DNA of 60,405 nt, filler included, from Candidatus Fermentibacterota bacterium (GTDB lineage: Bacteria; JAFGKV01), in the NCBI GenBank assembly GCA_016928395.1. It is 5 parts of 5 records of this genome, joined end to end, with 100 filler letters (N's around TTAATTAATTAA, not from the genome) between each part and the next. Parts side by side here need not be neighbours in the genome. Positions count along the whole stretch, not along the records: positions 1 to 7,646 come from JAFGKV010000260.1; positions 7,747 to 22,065 come from JAFGKV010000041.1; 3 more parts are not named here. The stretch is one strand, 5' to 3'. The position numbers were made by a program, and so were the translations under genes. Every line of letters starts with the position of its first letter. Position 1 is the stretch's first letter. Positions 1 to 9,845 of this stretch are shown piece after piece. The notes under the pieces were generated by a model. The model did not search any database. It saw only the letters and a program-made list of their open reading frames with translations, and was not told the DNA's origin.

Positions 1-29
1 GATGTATCGTCCGGGCGAGCCCGGGGCCC

Positions 30-127
30 CCACTCGTTTGAGAGTACACCCCAACTTCGCGCTCGTACTCGTACTCAAAGCTCCCACTCCGATACCGATA
101 GCGATAGCGACCCCCGCTCCCTCCCGC
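30..127. repeat. Composite intergenic repeat (GAGAGTACA...CTCGTACTCGTACTC...CGATAC/CGATAG hexamers...CGACCCCCG)
   Basis: Similar modules recur at 7355-7455, 7567-7646, 57345-57420 (reverse) and 58970-59070. Confidence 0.6.
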
Positions 128-153
128 GGGCGACCAGAGACGGTCGCCCCTAC
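128..153 (-). repeat. GTAG-type REP-like hairpin
   Basis: GGGCGACC-AGAGAC-GGTCGCCC-CTAC; the reverse strand begins GTAG followed by a palindrome; degenerate copy at 59084-59109. Confidence 0.6.
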
Positions 154-186
154 GACGGCAACGGTTCCTCGTGGCGCTGGGCGGGC

Positions 187-238
187 CTGATAGCTGAGAG
201 CCGAGAGCTGACAGCCGATAGCCGAGAGCTGAGAGCTC
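187..238. repeat. Degenerate heptamer tandem repeat (CYGAVAG-like units)
   Basis: ctgatag ctgagag ccgagag ctgacag ccgatag ccgagag ctgagag. Confidence 0.8.
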
Positions 239-240
239 GT

Positions 241-2601
241 TCACGCCGCATACAGCAGCGTTTGCAGCTCATTTACGGCATGGACGAGGCGGTCCTCGCC
301 GCCGAAACGGCGGGCGATCTCGATGACGTTGCCGTGGCGGGAGATGGGAGGTAGCTCAAGCACATCGGGCAGAGCGAACTGGGTGACGCCGTGCTCGGCA
401 TACTTGTCCAGCAGCTCCTCCAGGATCTCACGAGCTTCAGGCCCATACTGCTCGAAGAAGTCTCTGCTCTGTGCGCGAAGTCGCTGGGCCCGCTCCCGGC
501 GTGTCCGCACGGGCGCATTGAATGCCAGATGGCACAGGAGATCCAGGGGGTCAGCCTCGGGTTGATCAGTCTGCGCGGCCAGTTGATCGAACTGAATGCC
601 TCGTTCGGCGAGCTGGTCGATCACTTCCTTGCGCCGATGGGGATCTGCCCACTGGCGCCGGAGGACGGCGGCATTGGCGTAGAGGGTGCGCACCTTGTCG
701 GCGGTGTAGTCGGTGTAGCGAACGACCCTGAGCTGCCGGCCCTCAGGGTCCAGCTCATAGACCAAGTGGGTCGCGATCTCCACCTGACCACCGTCGAAGT
801 AGAACTTACGGCGTTCCCCCGTGGGCGGCTCGCTGATGGTGACTCCACCACCCGCATCTCCTTCTCTTGGGAGCGGCTCTTCCGGCAGCACCGTTCGCTC
901 GGTGAGCGTCTCACCCTCCTCGGAGATCTCCTGTTCCGTGATCAGGGCAGGCTCGCCGTCGAACTCCGGATCGGCGAAGAGCCGGGTTGCGGAGCCTGTG
1001 TAGTCGAGGATGCTGAACCAGAGCTTGCCGTAGTCATCGCGCACCCGCGTGCCGCGCCCGATGATCTGCTTGAACTCGGTCATGGAGTTGATGGTCCGCA
1101 CCAGCGCGATGGTGCGGCAGGTCGGCATATCGACTCCGGTGGTGAGTAGTTTGGAGGTCGTCAGGATCACGGGCGTGGTGCGCTCCACATCCTGGAAGTG
1201 ATTCAGATGACCGGTGCCGATGTCGCCTTCGTCGGCAGTCACGCGGCACACATAGTCATGATGTGACCGCACCAGATCCGCATTCAGGTTGGAGAGCACC
1301 CGGCGCATCTCGTCGGCATGTTCCTGATCGACGCAGAAGACGATGGTTTTGGCGAACCGATCGGTCTTCTTGAGGAATTCGGTAAGATGGCGGGCCACTG
1401 CCTGGGTGCGCGCCCGCAAGGCCACGATGCGCTCAAAGTCGGGCGTCTGGTACTCCTCGTCGGGGATCTCGCGGCCATAGCGGTCCAGATCCCCCTGGCT
1501 CGGCCGCCACCCGGCGGCATCCCAGGTGGTGATGACGCGATGCACACGGTAGGGCGCCAGAAATCCATCCTCGATGCCCTGGCGCAGCGAGTACTGGTAG
1601 ATCGGATTCCCGAAATAGCGATAGGTGTCTCGGTTGTCTTCCCGTAGCGGCGTGGCGGTCATGCCAAGCTGAGAGGCGGGCTCGAAGTATTCCAGGATCT
1701 CCCGCCAGTTGCTCTCCTCCCGCGCGCTGCCGCGGTGACACTCATCCACGATAATCAGGTCGAAGAAACCGGGATCGAACTCCCGGTAGAGCCCGGGCCG
1801 CCGCTCATCGCGGGCAATGGCCTGGTAGGTCGAGAAGTACATCTCGCGGCTCTTCTTGGCATCGCCGTGCTCGATCTTCCAGCGGGCATCCCCGAACGGC
1901 GCGAAGGTCTTGTCCTTGGGGTCGTCGATGAGGATGTTGCGGTCGGACAGATAGAGGATCCGAGGCCGTCGATGCTCCCCTCCCCTATTCCAGCGTGCGC
2001 TCGCCAGTCGCCAGCAGATCTGAAACGCAACCAGCGTCTTGCCCGTGCCGGTGGCCAGGGTCAGGAGCACGCGCCGCGTGCCCTGGAGGATGGCCTGGAG
2101 CGCCCGGTTGATCGCGATTTCCTGGTAGTAGCGAAGGGGCTTGCCCTTGACCGGATAGCCTGGTACCACCAGCCGGGAGGAGATATCGTCGGAAATGGCT
2201 TCGGCGCCTGTGAGTCGATCCCAGAGCTCGTCGGGAGTCGGGAAGGTCGATACTTCCTGCTCGAGCCCGGTCAGAAAGTCGATCTCGATGATGGTGTGCC
2301 CATTGGAGGAGTAGGCGAACTTCAACCCGAGGGTCGTAGCGTAGTCCTTGGCCTGCTGCACCCCGTCGCCCGCTGTCTTGTAGGATGCCTTTGCCTCAAC
2401 GACCGCCAGCGGGAGGTCGGGCGTGTAGCGCAGCAGGTAGTCTACCCGTCGCTGGGTGCCCCGATGGGAGACGCCCCCTATGACTGAGATGCGGCCATCG
2501 GTGAAGGTGACCTGCTCCCGGATCTGATGCGGATCCTGCTCCCAACCGGCCGCCTGCAGCCGGGGAACCACGAATGTCCGACAGGTGTCAGCTTCGTTCA
2601 C
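241..2601 (-). CDS. hsdR: Type I restriction enzyme R subunit (EcoAI/EcoEI-like, type IB)
   Basis: N-terminal NEADT and PD-(D/E)XK nuclease (VDYLL...VVEAK...QAKDY); helicase motifs [25 protein letters not shown]; EcoEI_R_C-like C-terminus. Confidence 0.93.
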   Translation of the reverse strand: MNEADTCRTFVVPRLQAAGWEQDPHQIREQVTFTDGRISVIGGVSHRGTQRRVDYLLRYTPDLPLAVVEAKASYKTAGDGVQQAKDYATTLGLKFAYSSNGHTIIEIDFLTGLEQEVSTFPTPDELWDRLTGAEAISDDISSRLVVPGYPVKGKPLRYYQEIAINRALQAILQGTRRVLLTLATGTGKTLVAFQICWRLASARWNRGGEHRRPRILYLSDRNILIDDPKDKTFAPFGDARWKIEHGDAKKSREMYFSTYQAIARDERRPGLYREFDPGFFDLIIVDECHRGSAREESNWREILEYFEPASQLGMTATPLREDNRDTYRYFGNPIYQYSLRQGIEDGFLAPYRVHRVITTWDAAGWRPSQGDLDRYGREIPDEEYQTPDFERIVALRARTQAVARHLTEFLKKTDRFAKTIVFCVDQEHADEMRRVLSNLNADLVRSHHDYVCRVTADEGDIGTGHLNHFQDVERTTPVILTTSKLLTTGVDMPTCRTIALVRTINSMTEFKQIIGRGTRVRDDYGKLWFSILDYTGSATRLFADPEFDGEPALITEQEISEEGETLTERTVLPEEPLPREGDAGGGVTISEPPTGERRKFYFDGGQVEIATHLVYELDPEGRQLRVVRYTDYTADKVRTLYANAAVLRRQWADPHRRKEVIDQLAERGIQFDQLAAQTDQPEADPLDLLCHLAFNAPVRTRRERAQRLRAQSRDFFEQYGPEAREILEELLDKYAEHGVTQFALPDVLELPPISRHGNVIEIARRFGGEDRLVHAVNELQTLLYAA

Positions 2602-2732
2602 CAGGTCCTCTCAGGTTGGAGCCGACGAGGATGGTTCGGCGACGCCTGCATGTTCCTGCGCCGGGTGAGGAAACGCAAGGGATGAGCACGATGATGGGCG
2701 CGTTCCCAGAGCCGCCCACGGGCGTATGAGGA

Positions 2733-2948
2733 GGATGGACGGACGGATGGATGGACGGATGGCCGGATGGATGGCACGGATGGATGGATGGACGGATGGA
2801 TGGATGGGACGATGGGATGGATGGACGGATGGACGGATGGACGAATGGATGGACGGATGGACGAATGGATGGACGGATGGACGAATGGATGGATGGATGG
2901 ACGGACGGATGGATGGATGATGGGATGGATGGCTGGGACGATGGGATG
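2733..2948. repeat. Imperfect (GGAT/GGAC)n tetranucleotide tract of about 215 bp
   Basis: Directly visible ggatggacggacggatggatggac run between the permease stop and the hsdR start. Confidence 0.95.
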
Positions 2949-3085
2949 CGGCTTCAACCGTCCAACCTTCCTATGGTCCAATCATCCCGTGCAGGGGACG
3001 GATGGGGAAACAGTTGCCCCACGAGCACGGCCCCGAGGCCATACTCGCACCCGGCTTCCGGTTTAGTGCGCTGACTGTGTACTGC

Positions 3086-5146
3086 CTACTCCCGACTGGT
3101 TCTCAGCTCGGGATAAGGCGTGCGGATGCGCCAGAGAGCGGCGAAGACCGCGAGCAGAATCAGCGCGGCGCCGGCGTAGTGCAGCGTGGTCAACTCGGCC
3201 AGGTCCAACTCGAAGTGACCAAGGGCAATGCTCAGGCCATTGTTCAGCGCATGCCACAGCATGGCCGGGAACACCGACCCGGTGAGCAAGGTGACTCCTG
3301 ACAGCACGATGCCGATGAAGGCCGTGGGGACGATACGAAACAAAGCGACGTGGAAAAGGCCAAACACGGCGCCAACCACCAGCACCAGCGGCACCGGGTG
3401 CAGGGATTTCCGCAGGCCGTACAGCAACGTGCCCCGGAACGTCAGTTCCTCGAACACACCCGGCAGTACTGCGATGAACAGCACGAGCTGCCAGAACGGA
3501 ATTTCCTCGGGCATCAGGCCCTTGCCGAAGGCCTCCAGCATCTCCTTGGGAACAGGCAAGACAAGGCTGGCCAGGCGGAATACACCTGCGGCAGCCAGAA
3601 GCCCCGCCGGGGCGCCGATGGCCACCAGCGGCCAGACCCAGGCCCGAACCGGCCTGAAAGCAAACACACGGCGGGCGGATAGGCGGTGCATCCGGATGAG
3701 CAGGAGCGAGCCGCCGAAGAAGATCACGACCAGGTTCACCAGCAGCTCAATGCGCAAATCCATCCTGCCTTCGACATTGGAGGCGAAGATGAAGAACACG
3801 GCCCACATGATGGCGAAGGCCGGGAGCACGCGTCGTGTGAACACCGCCTCTCCCGATCTCTGGCCCGATTCCCCCACGGTCGGCACGATGAGCCGTTCGG
3901 TGGAAAGTACCCGTTCCGCCAGTCGCCGCACATACCAGGCCGCGGCGGCGGTGACGGCCCAGGCGGCAACGATAAAGGGCCAATCATACCTGCCCACCAG
4001 CACTTCCTTGATCGCAAGCGCGATATTGGCGATGGGCACCAGGACCGCTGCCGAGCGCAGAGAGAGCCCGGGCAGGAATGGGGCAACCGCAGGCACGATC
4101 CCGATGAGCAAGACCGGGAAGAAGTAGAGTTGCGCCTCCTTGTAGCTTCGCGCATACCCCGATGTCAGCAAGAGCACGCCGGATACCAGCGCCGCCAGGG
4201 GAATCAGCAGAACGAAGATCAGCGCCGTGACCTCCGGCGGCACATCCAGCACGAATCCCTGAGGCAAGGGGATAAGCTTCAAGGCCACATAGGCGAGAAA
4301 GTTGAGGGACTGGATGACCGCGATGATCAGAGCCACCGCCAGAATGACCAGATGCTTCGCGGCGACAATGTCGGCCCTGGAGGCCGCGGTGGTCAGCAGC
4401 GTCTCCAGGGTGCCGCGCTCTTTCTCGCCTGCCAGCGTGTCCACGGCCACCACCGACCCGCCCGAGAGCATGAACAGCATGACGAACAATACCAGATATC
4501 GGCCGATGTGAAGGCCGGCCACTTGCCGGGCCCCGGCCAGATCATGGCGTTCCACTACCCCGAACCCGATCATCTCAGCCAGACCGCGCGACTCGAGCAT
4601 CTCGACCCTATGCGCCCGTCGTAACTCGTCGAAATGCCGGCGAAGCATGCGCGCGCCCCGTTCCGAAGTATCCCTGTCTTCCCGGAAATGGAGGATCAGT
4701 GTGGGCACCGCCGCCGTGTCACCCCGGCTGATCTCGTCTCTTTCGGTCGTGTCGCGCCAGGCCTCCCCAGGGCTCAGGGCCTCGACAAAGAGATCCAACT
4801 CCCCTTCCGCCAGGCTCTGGGCAGGGTCGGAGGTTGCGGTCTGGAGGAGAAGCAGGCCCGCCGTGTCCGCGGCGGCCGCTCTGGCAATGAGATCGTGAGC
4901 TAGCTCGTGCGCACTACCCGTCACGGCATAGCGGACGTCCATGGTGGCCAACCGGCGTTCCCTTCTCTCCTGCACCCAGCGCGATCCGAACATGAGCAGC
5001 GGTGTGATGAACAGCGGCAGCACGATGGATACGACGATGGTGCGCCGGTCCCGCAGCAGCATCGTGAATTCCGCCCGGCAGATCGCCTTGATGACTTCGG
5101 TGGATCGCCGCGCCGCGGCGACACCGTTGCGGGGGACGCGACCCAT
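3086..5146 (-). CDS. NatB-like ABC-2 permease fused to a C-terminal CPBP (CAAX/Abi) intramembrane protease
   Basis: AGEKERGTLETLL permease motif; CPBP motifs FEELTFRG, FGLFH and AMLWHALNN; start placed at ATG 5146 next to the natA stop. Confidence 0.85.
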   Translation of the reverse strand: MGRVPRNGVAAARRSTEVIKAICRAEFTMLLRDRRTIVVSIVLPLFITPLLMFGSRWVQERRERRLATMDVRYAVTGSAHELAHDLIARAAAADTAGLLLLQTATSDPAQSLAEGELDLFVEALSPGEAWRDTTERDEISRGDTAAVPTLILHFREDRDTSERGARMLRRHFDELRRAHRVEMLESRGLAEMIGFGVVERHDLAGARQVAGLHIGRYLVLFVMLFMLSGGSVVAVDTLAGEKERGTLETLLTTAASRADIVAAKHLVILAVALIIAVIQSLNFLAYVALKLIPLPQGFVLDVPPEVTALIFVLLIPLAALVSGVLLLTSGYARSYKEAQLYFFPVLLIGIVPAVAPFLPGLSLRSAAVLVPIANIALAIKEVLVGRYDWPFIVAAWAVTAAAAWYVRRLAERVLSTERLIVPTVGESGQRSGEAVFTRRVLPAFAIMWAVFFIFASNVEGRMDLRIELLVNLVVIFFGGSLLLIRMHRLSARRVFAFRPVRAWVWPLVAIGAPAGLLAAAGVFRLASLVLPVPKEMLEAFGKGLMPEEIPFWQLVLFIAVLPGVFEELTFRGTLLYGLRKSLHPVPLVLVVGAVFGLFHVALFRIVPTAFIGIVLSGVTLLTGSVFPAMLWHALNNGLSIALGHFELDLAELTTLHYAGAALILLAVFAALWRIRTPYPELRTSRE

Positions 5147-5147
5147 G

Positions 5148-5906
5148 TCAGGTACCGTCCTCCCGATCAGTGGCGAAATAGACGAAGATGTCCTCCAGGT
5201 ACCGCTTGCCCGTGGCCGTGCGGAGCCCCTCCAGGGTATCACAAGCCAGCAGGGCGCCCCCATGGATGATGGCGATACGGTCGCAGAGTCGCTCGGCCTC
5301 GCTCATGATGTGAGTCGAGAAAATGATCGTCTTGCCCTGGGTCCGAAACTCCCCGATCACCCGCTGCATGTCCAGCGCATTGAGCACATCGAGCCCAACA
5401 GTCGGCTCGTCGAAAATGAGCACCGGAGGATCGTGGGCTACGGTGCGGGCGATGGACACCTTCTGCTTCATGCCCTGCGACAGCTTCTCGACCCGGGCAT
5501 CGGCATACTCCTCGATGCCGAACCGAGCGACCAACTCCCGCACACGACCCGGCACCTCATCAGGCGCATACCCGTTGACTCTGGCGAAAAACTCGATGGT
5601 CTCCCGGGCAGTGAGCCGGGGATACAACGCGGTAGACGATGAGTAAAACCCAAGGGACCGCCGCACCTGTTCGGGCTCCTCCCCCACCTCGCGGCCCATG
5701 ACCGTGGCGCTGCCTGAGGTCGGCTTGAGTATGGTCGCCAGCATTCGCAGCGTCGTGGTCTTACCCGCACCATTCGCCCCCAGAAGCCCGAAGATCTCAC
5801 CGCTTCGGCACTGGAAATCGATGCCGTCCACCGCTCTGACTTCACCACGGCTCTCATCGTAAAACATCTTGGTCAGCCCGCGGGCCTCCACGGTGATCTC
5901 ACTCAT
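5148..5906 (-). CDS. natA: ABC transporter ATP-binding protein (NatA-like Na+ export family)
   Basis: Walker A GANGAGKT, signature LSQGMKQK, Walker B IFDEPT, H-loop STH. Confidence 0.85.
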   Translation of the reverse strand: MSEITVEARGLTKMFYDESRGEVRAVDGIDFQCRSGEIFGLLGANGAGKTTTLRMLATILKPTSGSATVMGREVGEEPEQVRRSLGFYSSSTALYPRLTARETIEFFARVNGYAPDEVPGRVRELVARFGIEEYADARVEKLSQGMKQKVSIARTVAHDPPVLIFDEPTVGLDVLNALDMQRVIGEFRTQGKTIIFSTHIMSEAERLCDRIAIIHGGALLACDTLEGLRTATGKRYLEDIFVYFATDREDGT

Positions 5907-7180
5907 CTCACTCCTCCCTGCGCGCCGGCGTCACGCCCGCGCCACCGCTCCTTCAGAAGCGTGGTAAGGCTTCCTCCGTACGAGCCGACAATGACATCCT
6001 CGAACCGTAGCACAAAAACGGCCAGGCGCAACGAAATCGCCACCATTGCCAACCCCACAGCTATCGTGATGGCGATCTGCGGCCAGTGGAACACCCCGGC
6101 AACCGCCTCCCGGATCATCATCACGACATTCGCCACCGGCACCAGCGCCAGCGTCGTGGAGAAAGTCAGGCCCTGCTGCTGCAGGAGTATGGCCGGCACC
6201 ATCATGAGCAAGTAGAAGGGGGTGATCATCGCCTGGCCTTCCTTGAAGGTCCGGGCAAACGACGCGAACAGCATCATGACCGCGGCGATGAACCCCGCCA
6301 GCACTACCGCTCCCACCGCCATGACCGGCAGACCCGCCAGTGGCAATCCAAAATGAATCTCCTCGGCGCTGCCTGCCAGCAGCGGCTTCACGATGGCCCC
6401 CATGGTGAGAGTCATGGCAGCCAGGTTCAAAAGCCCGGCCATGGTCCCGAACGAGGCCACCGACAGATACTTCGCCGTCACGATGCTGGCTCGGGAGACC
6501 CCCAGCGACATGGTGGTTTCCCATGTCGAGCGTTCCCGCTCTCCGGCAGTTGCATCTACCGCGGGGTGATAACACCCCACCGCGGTCATAATGAGAAAGA
6601 ACAGCGGCAGCATGAGGCCCAACAGGAAGGCGCCCATCTCCTTGCCGCTGGCGCGGTTCTTCAGGCGGACCCTGAACCCGGTCCACTCCTCCTCGCCGAT
6701 CCCTGCGTCTCGAGCCTGAATCTGCAGCCAGTCATCGCGGTAGCGCTCGAGCACCACAGTGACCCGGCTTCTGGCCTCCTCGCTTCGTTCCCGGGAGGCC
6801 GTGCTGGTCAGCCTGACACGAAAAGTGCCCTGAGTTCCTTCCGCCTCCAGCGGGGAAAACTCGACCAGCGCGTCCAGCGAGCCTCCGTGAATGCCGGCCG
6901 CGGCGCCGGTGGTGTCCGAAGGGGCAATGAGCATGACTTTGCGAGCCTCCAGGCTCTCGGCCAAGGCTTCGTGCCCGGCCGGGAGCCCCACCACCATGAC
7001 CCTGGACAGCTGCCCCTCAGTCTGGCCTCGCACAAACATGATGCCGCTGAACATGGCCCACATCATGAATGGATAGAGAACGATGGGGATGACGATGGAG
7101 TTGATGACGATGGACCTCTCCCGCAAGGCGGCCCGCATCTCACGGGCATACAGAAGACCAACGGTATGCAGCGACTTCAT
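5903..7180 (-). CDS. natB: NatB-like ABC-2 permease
   Basis: AVDATAGERERSTWET and FARTFKEGQ motifs; N-terminal TM, extracellular loop and five further TMs; 4-bp overlap with the ATPase gene. Confidence 0.8.
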   Translation of the reverse strand: MKSLHTVGLLYAREMRAALRERSIVINSIVIPIVLYPFMMWAMFSGIMFVRGQTEGQLSRVMVVGLPAGHEALAESLEARKVMLIAPSDTTGAAAGIHGGSLDALVEFSPLEAEGTQGTFRVRLTSTASRERSEEARSRVTVVLERYRDDWLQIQARDAGIGEEEWTGFRVRLKNRASGKEMGAFLLGLMLPLFFLIMTAVGCYHPAVDATAGERERSTWETTMSLGVSRASIVTAKYLSVASFGTMAGLLNLAAMTLTMGAIVKPLLAGSAEEIHFGLPLAGLPVMAVGAVVLAGFIAAVMMLFASFARTFKEGQAMITPFYLLMMVPAILLQQQGLTFSTTLALVPVANVVMMIREAVAGVFHWPQIAITIAVGLAMVAISLRLAVFVLRFEDVIVGSYGGSLTTLLKERWRGRDAGAQGGVR

Positions 7181-7354
7181 GCGACTCCTCTTCCTGCCAG
7201 GGATGCAGGTCTCAGGGTTTTCGGTTCAGGGTTCACAGGCCACCCCATCATCCCGCCCACCCGCCCACGGAACTGGATGATTGGACGATTGATGCCGCAT
7301 TCCATTATCCCACGACTCGATTCATCGGCAATCCGGGCGTGACCCAGAATCGCC

Positions 7355-7646
7355 AACTTGTGTGAGAGAACATGCAAATCCCGTAATCGTACTCGTACGC
7401 GACTGCCCCAGCTCGTCGATTACGACTACGATAGCAATATCGACCCCAAGCCCCGCCGTCGGCGGGCGACTGACAGCTGACAGCCGATAGCTGACAGCCG
7501 ATAGCCAACTGCCGGCCGTCCTCTCAACCCCGATAAGCCTGAGTGCGCCCGCGCCCTCGGAGGCCCGACTTGTTTGAGAGAACATGGGAAGGCTCGTATT
7601 CGTATTCGTACTCGAATGCCCAGCTTGTCGATTCCGATGGCAATGC
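7355..7646. repeat. Two copies of the composite intergenic repeat flanking a CTGACAG/CCGATAG heptamer run
   Basis: acttgtgtgagagaacatg...cgtactcgtac...cccagctcgtcgatt versus acttgtttgagagaacatg...cgtattcgtactcg...cccagcttgtcgatt. Confidence 0.7.
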
Positions 7647-7746
7647 NNNNNNNNNNNNNNNNNNNNNNNNNNNNNNNNNNNNNNNNNNNNTTAATTAATT
7701 AANNNNNNNNNNNNNNNNNNNNNNNNNNNNNNNNNNNNNNNNNNNN
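7647..7746. other. Artificial contig linker (N-TTAATTAATTAA-N)
   Basis: 100-bp spacer with stops in all six frames, identical at four positions. Confidence 0.98.
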
Positions 7747-8178
7747 CGTCCCGCGCGCCGGTCCTAATTCGGTTTCTCGATCCACAAACCCCACAATGAG
7801 GCACCCATGGGGCTTCAGCACTCGGAACGCTTCTTGAAAGGCCTTGAGAATATCGTCAACGAAACAAATGGTTGTTACCATTAGCACAAGGTCAAACTCG
7901 GGAACTGAAAGAGGCGGCTTCTCAGCTACATGCCGAAAAACCCGGATACCCTGTCTTTCAGCCTTGCTCGCCATCTTCTCAGACGGCTCTACACCGATTC
8001 TTATACCCAGAGGCACAGCGAATTGACCTGAACCAACGCCTACGTCCAAACCCCTTGCTGGGAGAGAAGGCATTACTTGGCGTATCGCCTCTAATTCGGC
8101 ATGATAGAAATCGCGATGTCTTTCGAACCACTCATCATATCTGTCGCTATATTTGTCAAATTGCTCTATATTTGGCAT
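7747..8178 (-). CDS. Class I SAM-dependent methyltransferase (3' truncated)
   Basis: Motif I LDVGVGSG, IGVEPS, FDLVL, RVLKPHG; runs into the contig end. Confidence 0.85.
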
Positions 8179-8211
8179 ACCATACTCAAGTTCCTTACTA
8201 TGGCAAACAAA

Positions 8212-8571
8212 CTAGAAGGCTATGACCTTATCGCTTTCAACTATCCATTGTGCAAAATCTTTCATATTGCTTAATTTGATGCCTTCGATTAATTGAAGTT
8301 TGTCAATGCCTCGCGCTTCAGAACAACCACCACAACTTTTCACTTCCCCACCCTTCTTGATAATAGATTTCAGCATGCGTTCAATGTTATAGTAGCCAGT
8401 CGGCGTTGTTTGATTGGGCAAGCCACAAAGAACAGAATCAGCCATCAAGAAAATTCGTATTTCTACCGAATCGTCGTAGTCTTTCTGAAGCGTCATTGCC
8501 ATTCGCAATGCGTTGTAAGCCTTCTCCGTCCCATAGGGGGCGTCATTGATAATAATGAGTATTCTCCGCAT
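8212..8571 (-). CDS. DsrE/YchN-family sulfur-relay protein
   Basis: NDAPYGTEKAYNALR, FLMADSV, GYYNIERML, CxxCxEARG. Confidence 0.85.
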   Translation of the reverse strand: MRRILIIINDAPYGTEKAYNALRMAMTLQKDYDDSVEIRIFLMADSVLCGLPNQTTPTGYYNIERMLKSIIKKGGEVKSCGGCSEARGIDKLQLIEGIKLSNMKDFAQWIVESDKVIAF

Positions 8572-8587
8572 GTTGTCTTCTTTATGC

Positions 8588-8642
8588 GGATAGCGCACGC
8601 GTTTCAGATGCGGCGGGTGCCAGCTGCAACCGCTGGCGAGCC
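8588..8642 (-). mobile_element. Degenerate attC-like recombination site
   Basis: Minus strand GGCTCGC-CAGCG-GTTGCAGCTG...GCATCTGAAAC-GCGTGC-GCTATCC: hairpin arms retained, AAC and GTT cores mutated. Confidence 0.5.
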
Positions 8643-9488
8643 TGCTTGCGCCATTCCTGCGCGATCAATCTGACCGGCGCGCCCAAACCACATCGAGCGA
8701 GTTGATGCGATCATCAGCACCACGAACACCCACAGCACGATCTCATCGGTCAGGGTCGGCTGTCCTGGGAAGACGTAGTTCTTTGACGCGATTGAGGCAT
8801 GGTAGAGGATGGCGGGAACGAGGCTGCCGCCGGAACCGTAGTAGATCCAGGTGAACACGAAGGCGGTCGCAACAAGACCCATAACCCGAATCGCCATGGG
8901 ACCGAACCCCAGGCTGAGGCCCTGGCCTATCCACGCCGGTATGTGCCATAGGCCCCAGAACACGCCGAGCACGAGGGTCCCCACCAGCGCGCCGCGCCAT
9001 GCCTCGAGCCGAGGCAACGCGAAGCCCCGCCAGCCGATCTCCTCACCCACGGCGTTCGGAAGAGTGAACACCAGGGCCACGGGAATCATGTACGCCGCAG
9101 CCGGGCCTAGGATCACTCGCAGCGGCATCGGCCCGAGCTCGTAGGACCGACCCAGAACGCGGTCGATGCCCAGAGACAGACACCACCGCGCAGGCTCGAA
9201 CAAAAGTGCTACGAGGTACCACTGCCAGCGAACACGCCATCTGCCGAGCTTGCTGAACAGAGCGCCCAGGCCTGGCCCGCGCGACGAGAGAATCGTGAGC
9301 AGAATGGCCGCAAGGCCGGGAGACCATACCGTGAGCGCGTTCGCTGGCGACCTGGGCGACACGGCTGACTCGGCGAGTCCGAGCCGGTACCTTGCCTGTG
9401 GTATCCAGATCGTCCAGGCAATCAGAGTCAGCAGAAAGAACATCACAAGCTCAATCGCGCGCCTCGCTCGCGTGGCGTCAGCTTCCAT
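8604..9488 (-). CDS. CPBP family (CAAX/Abi) intramembrane metalloprotease
   Basis: GEEIGWRGFALP, WGLWH and AILYHA motifs; GGAGG RBS before ATG 9488. Confidence 0.88.
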   Translation of the reverse strand: MEADATRARRAIELVMFFLLTLIAWTIWIPQARYRLGLAESAVSPRSPANALTVWSPGLAAILLTILSSRGPGLGALFSKLGRWRVRWQWYLVALLFEPARWCLSLGIDRVLGRSYELGPMPLRVILGPAAAYMIPVALVFTLPNAVGEEIGWRGFALPRLEAWRGALVGTLVLGVFWGLWHIPAWIGQGLSLGFGPMAIRVMGLVATAFVFTWIYYGSGGSLVPAILYHASIASKNYVFPGQPTLTDEIVLWVFVVLMIASTRSMWFGRAGQIDRAGMAQAGSPAVAAGTRRI

Positions 9489-9494
9489 TGCCAC

Positions 9495-9602
9495 CTCCAA
9501 TACCCTGAGCGTAGCCAGCCAAAAGGCCGGGCCGCAAGACATCAAGACAGAAAATGATGCGAGCTCCGGCCTTCTTGGTCTTCGTTCATGCGATTGCTCG
9601 CA
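9495..9602 (-). mobile_element. Degenerate attC-like site
   Basis: Minus strand GCGAGC-AATCG-CATGAAC...CCAAGAAGGCCGG...CCGGCCTTTTGG...GGCTACGC-TCAGGGT-ATTGGAG: inverted arms with mutated cores, just ahead of the next gene start. Confidence 0.5.
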
Positions 9603-9618
9603 TTCCCGCAATTCTGGC

Positions 9619-9759
9619 TTACTTCTTGGGCTTCTCCTTAATTCCTTTCTTTCCTCCAGTCATCGGACCTTGACCAGGGCCTGTGCCCTTGCCCTTACCT
9701 TTGCCATGACCGTCTTTCGGTCCCTGACCTTTTGGTCCAGTTCCATCTTTGTTTGGCAT
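9619..9759 (-). CDS. 46-aa Gly/Lys-rich small protein (DUF5320-like MPxxDGTGPxGxGP N-terminus)
   Basis: Translated by hand: MPNKDGTGPKGQGPKDGHGKGKGKGTGPGQGPMTGGKKGIKEKPKK; strong AGGAGGTG RBS; below the ORF-track cutoff. Confidence 0.75.
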   Translation of the reverse strand: MPNKDGTGPKGQGPKDGHGKGKGKGTGPGQGPMTGGKKGIKEKPKK

Positions 9760-9798
9760 ATTAATCACCTCCTTCCCGTTGGTTAGCGCTAAGGAGCT

Positions 9799-9834
9799 CT
9801 ACTTGGTCGTTGCACGCATCCGCCTTGTAGGCTG
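9799..9834 (-). mobile_element. Remnant left half of an attC-like site after gpmA
   Basis: Minus strand CAGCCTAC-AAGGCGGATGC...; CAGCCTAC matches the complement of GTTCGCTG (upstream of gpmA) at 6 of 8 positions. Confidence 0.4.
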
Positions 9835-9845
9835 ATCCTACCTTT

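Noticed and set aside
2733-2948. Possible CRISPR array
   Set aside because: It is a tetranucleotide tract without unique spacers; no repeat-spacer array or cas gene was seen anywhere in the window.
2598-3074. ORFs of MDGW/PSIH repeats
   Set aside because: These are translations of the GGAT microsatellite with no RBS or protein-like complexity.
391-7342. Long antisense ORFs (e.g. 391-1149, 3686-4624, 6086-7342; likewise 29761-31110, 39866-40900, 42990-44084)
   Set aside because: These are shadow frames of well-supported genes in GC-rich DNA.
7647-7746. TTAATTAATTAA as a biological motif, and gene neighbourhoods across the four gaps
   Set aside because: The identical N-flanked linker is artificial, so contigs cannot be assumed adjacent.
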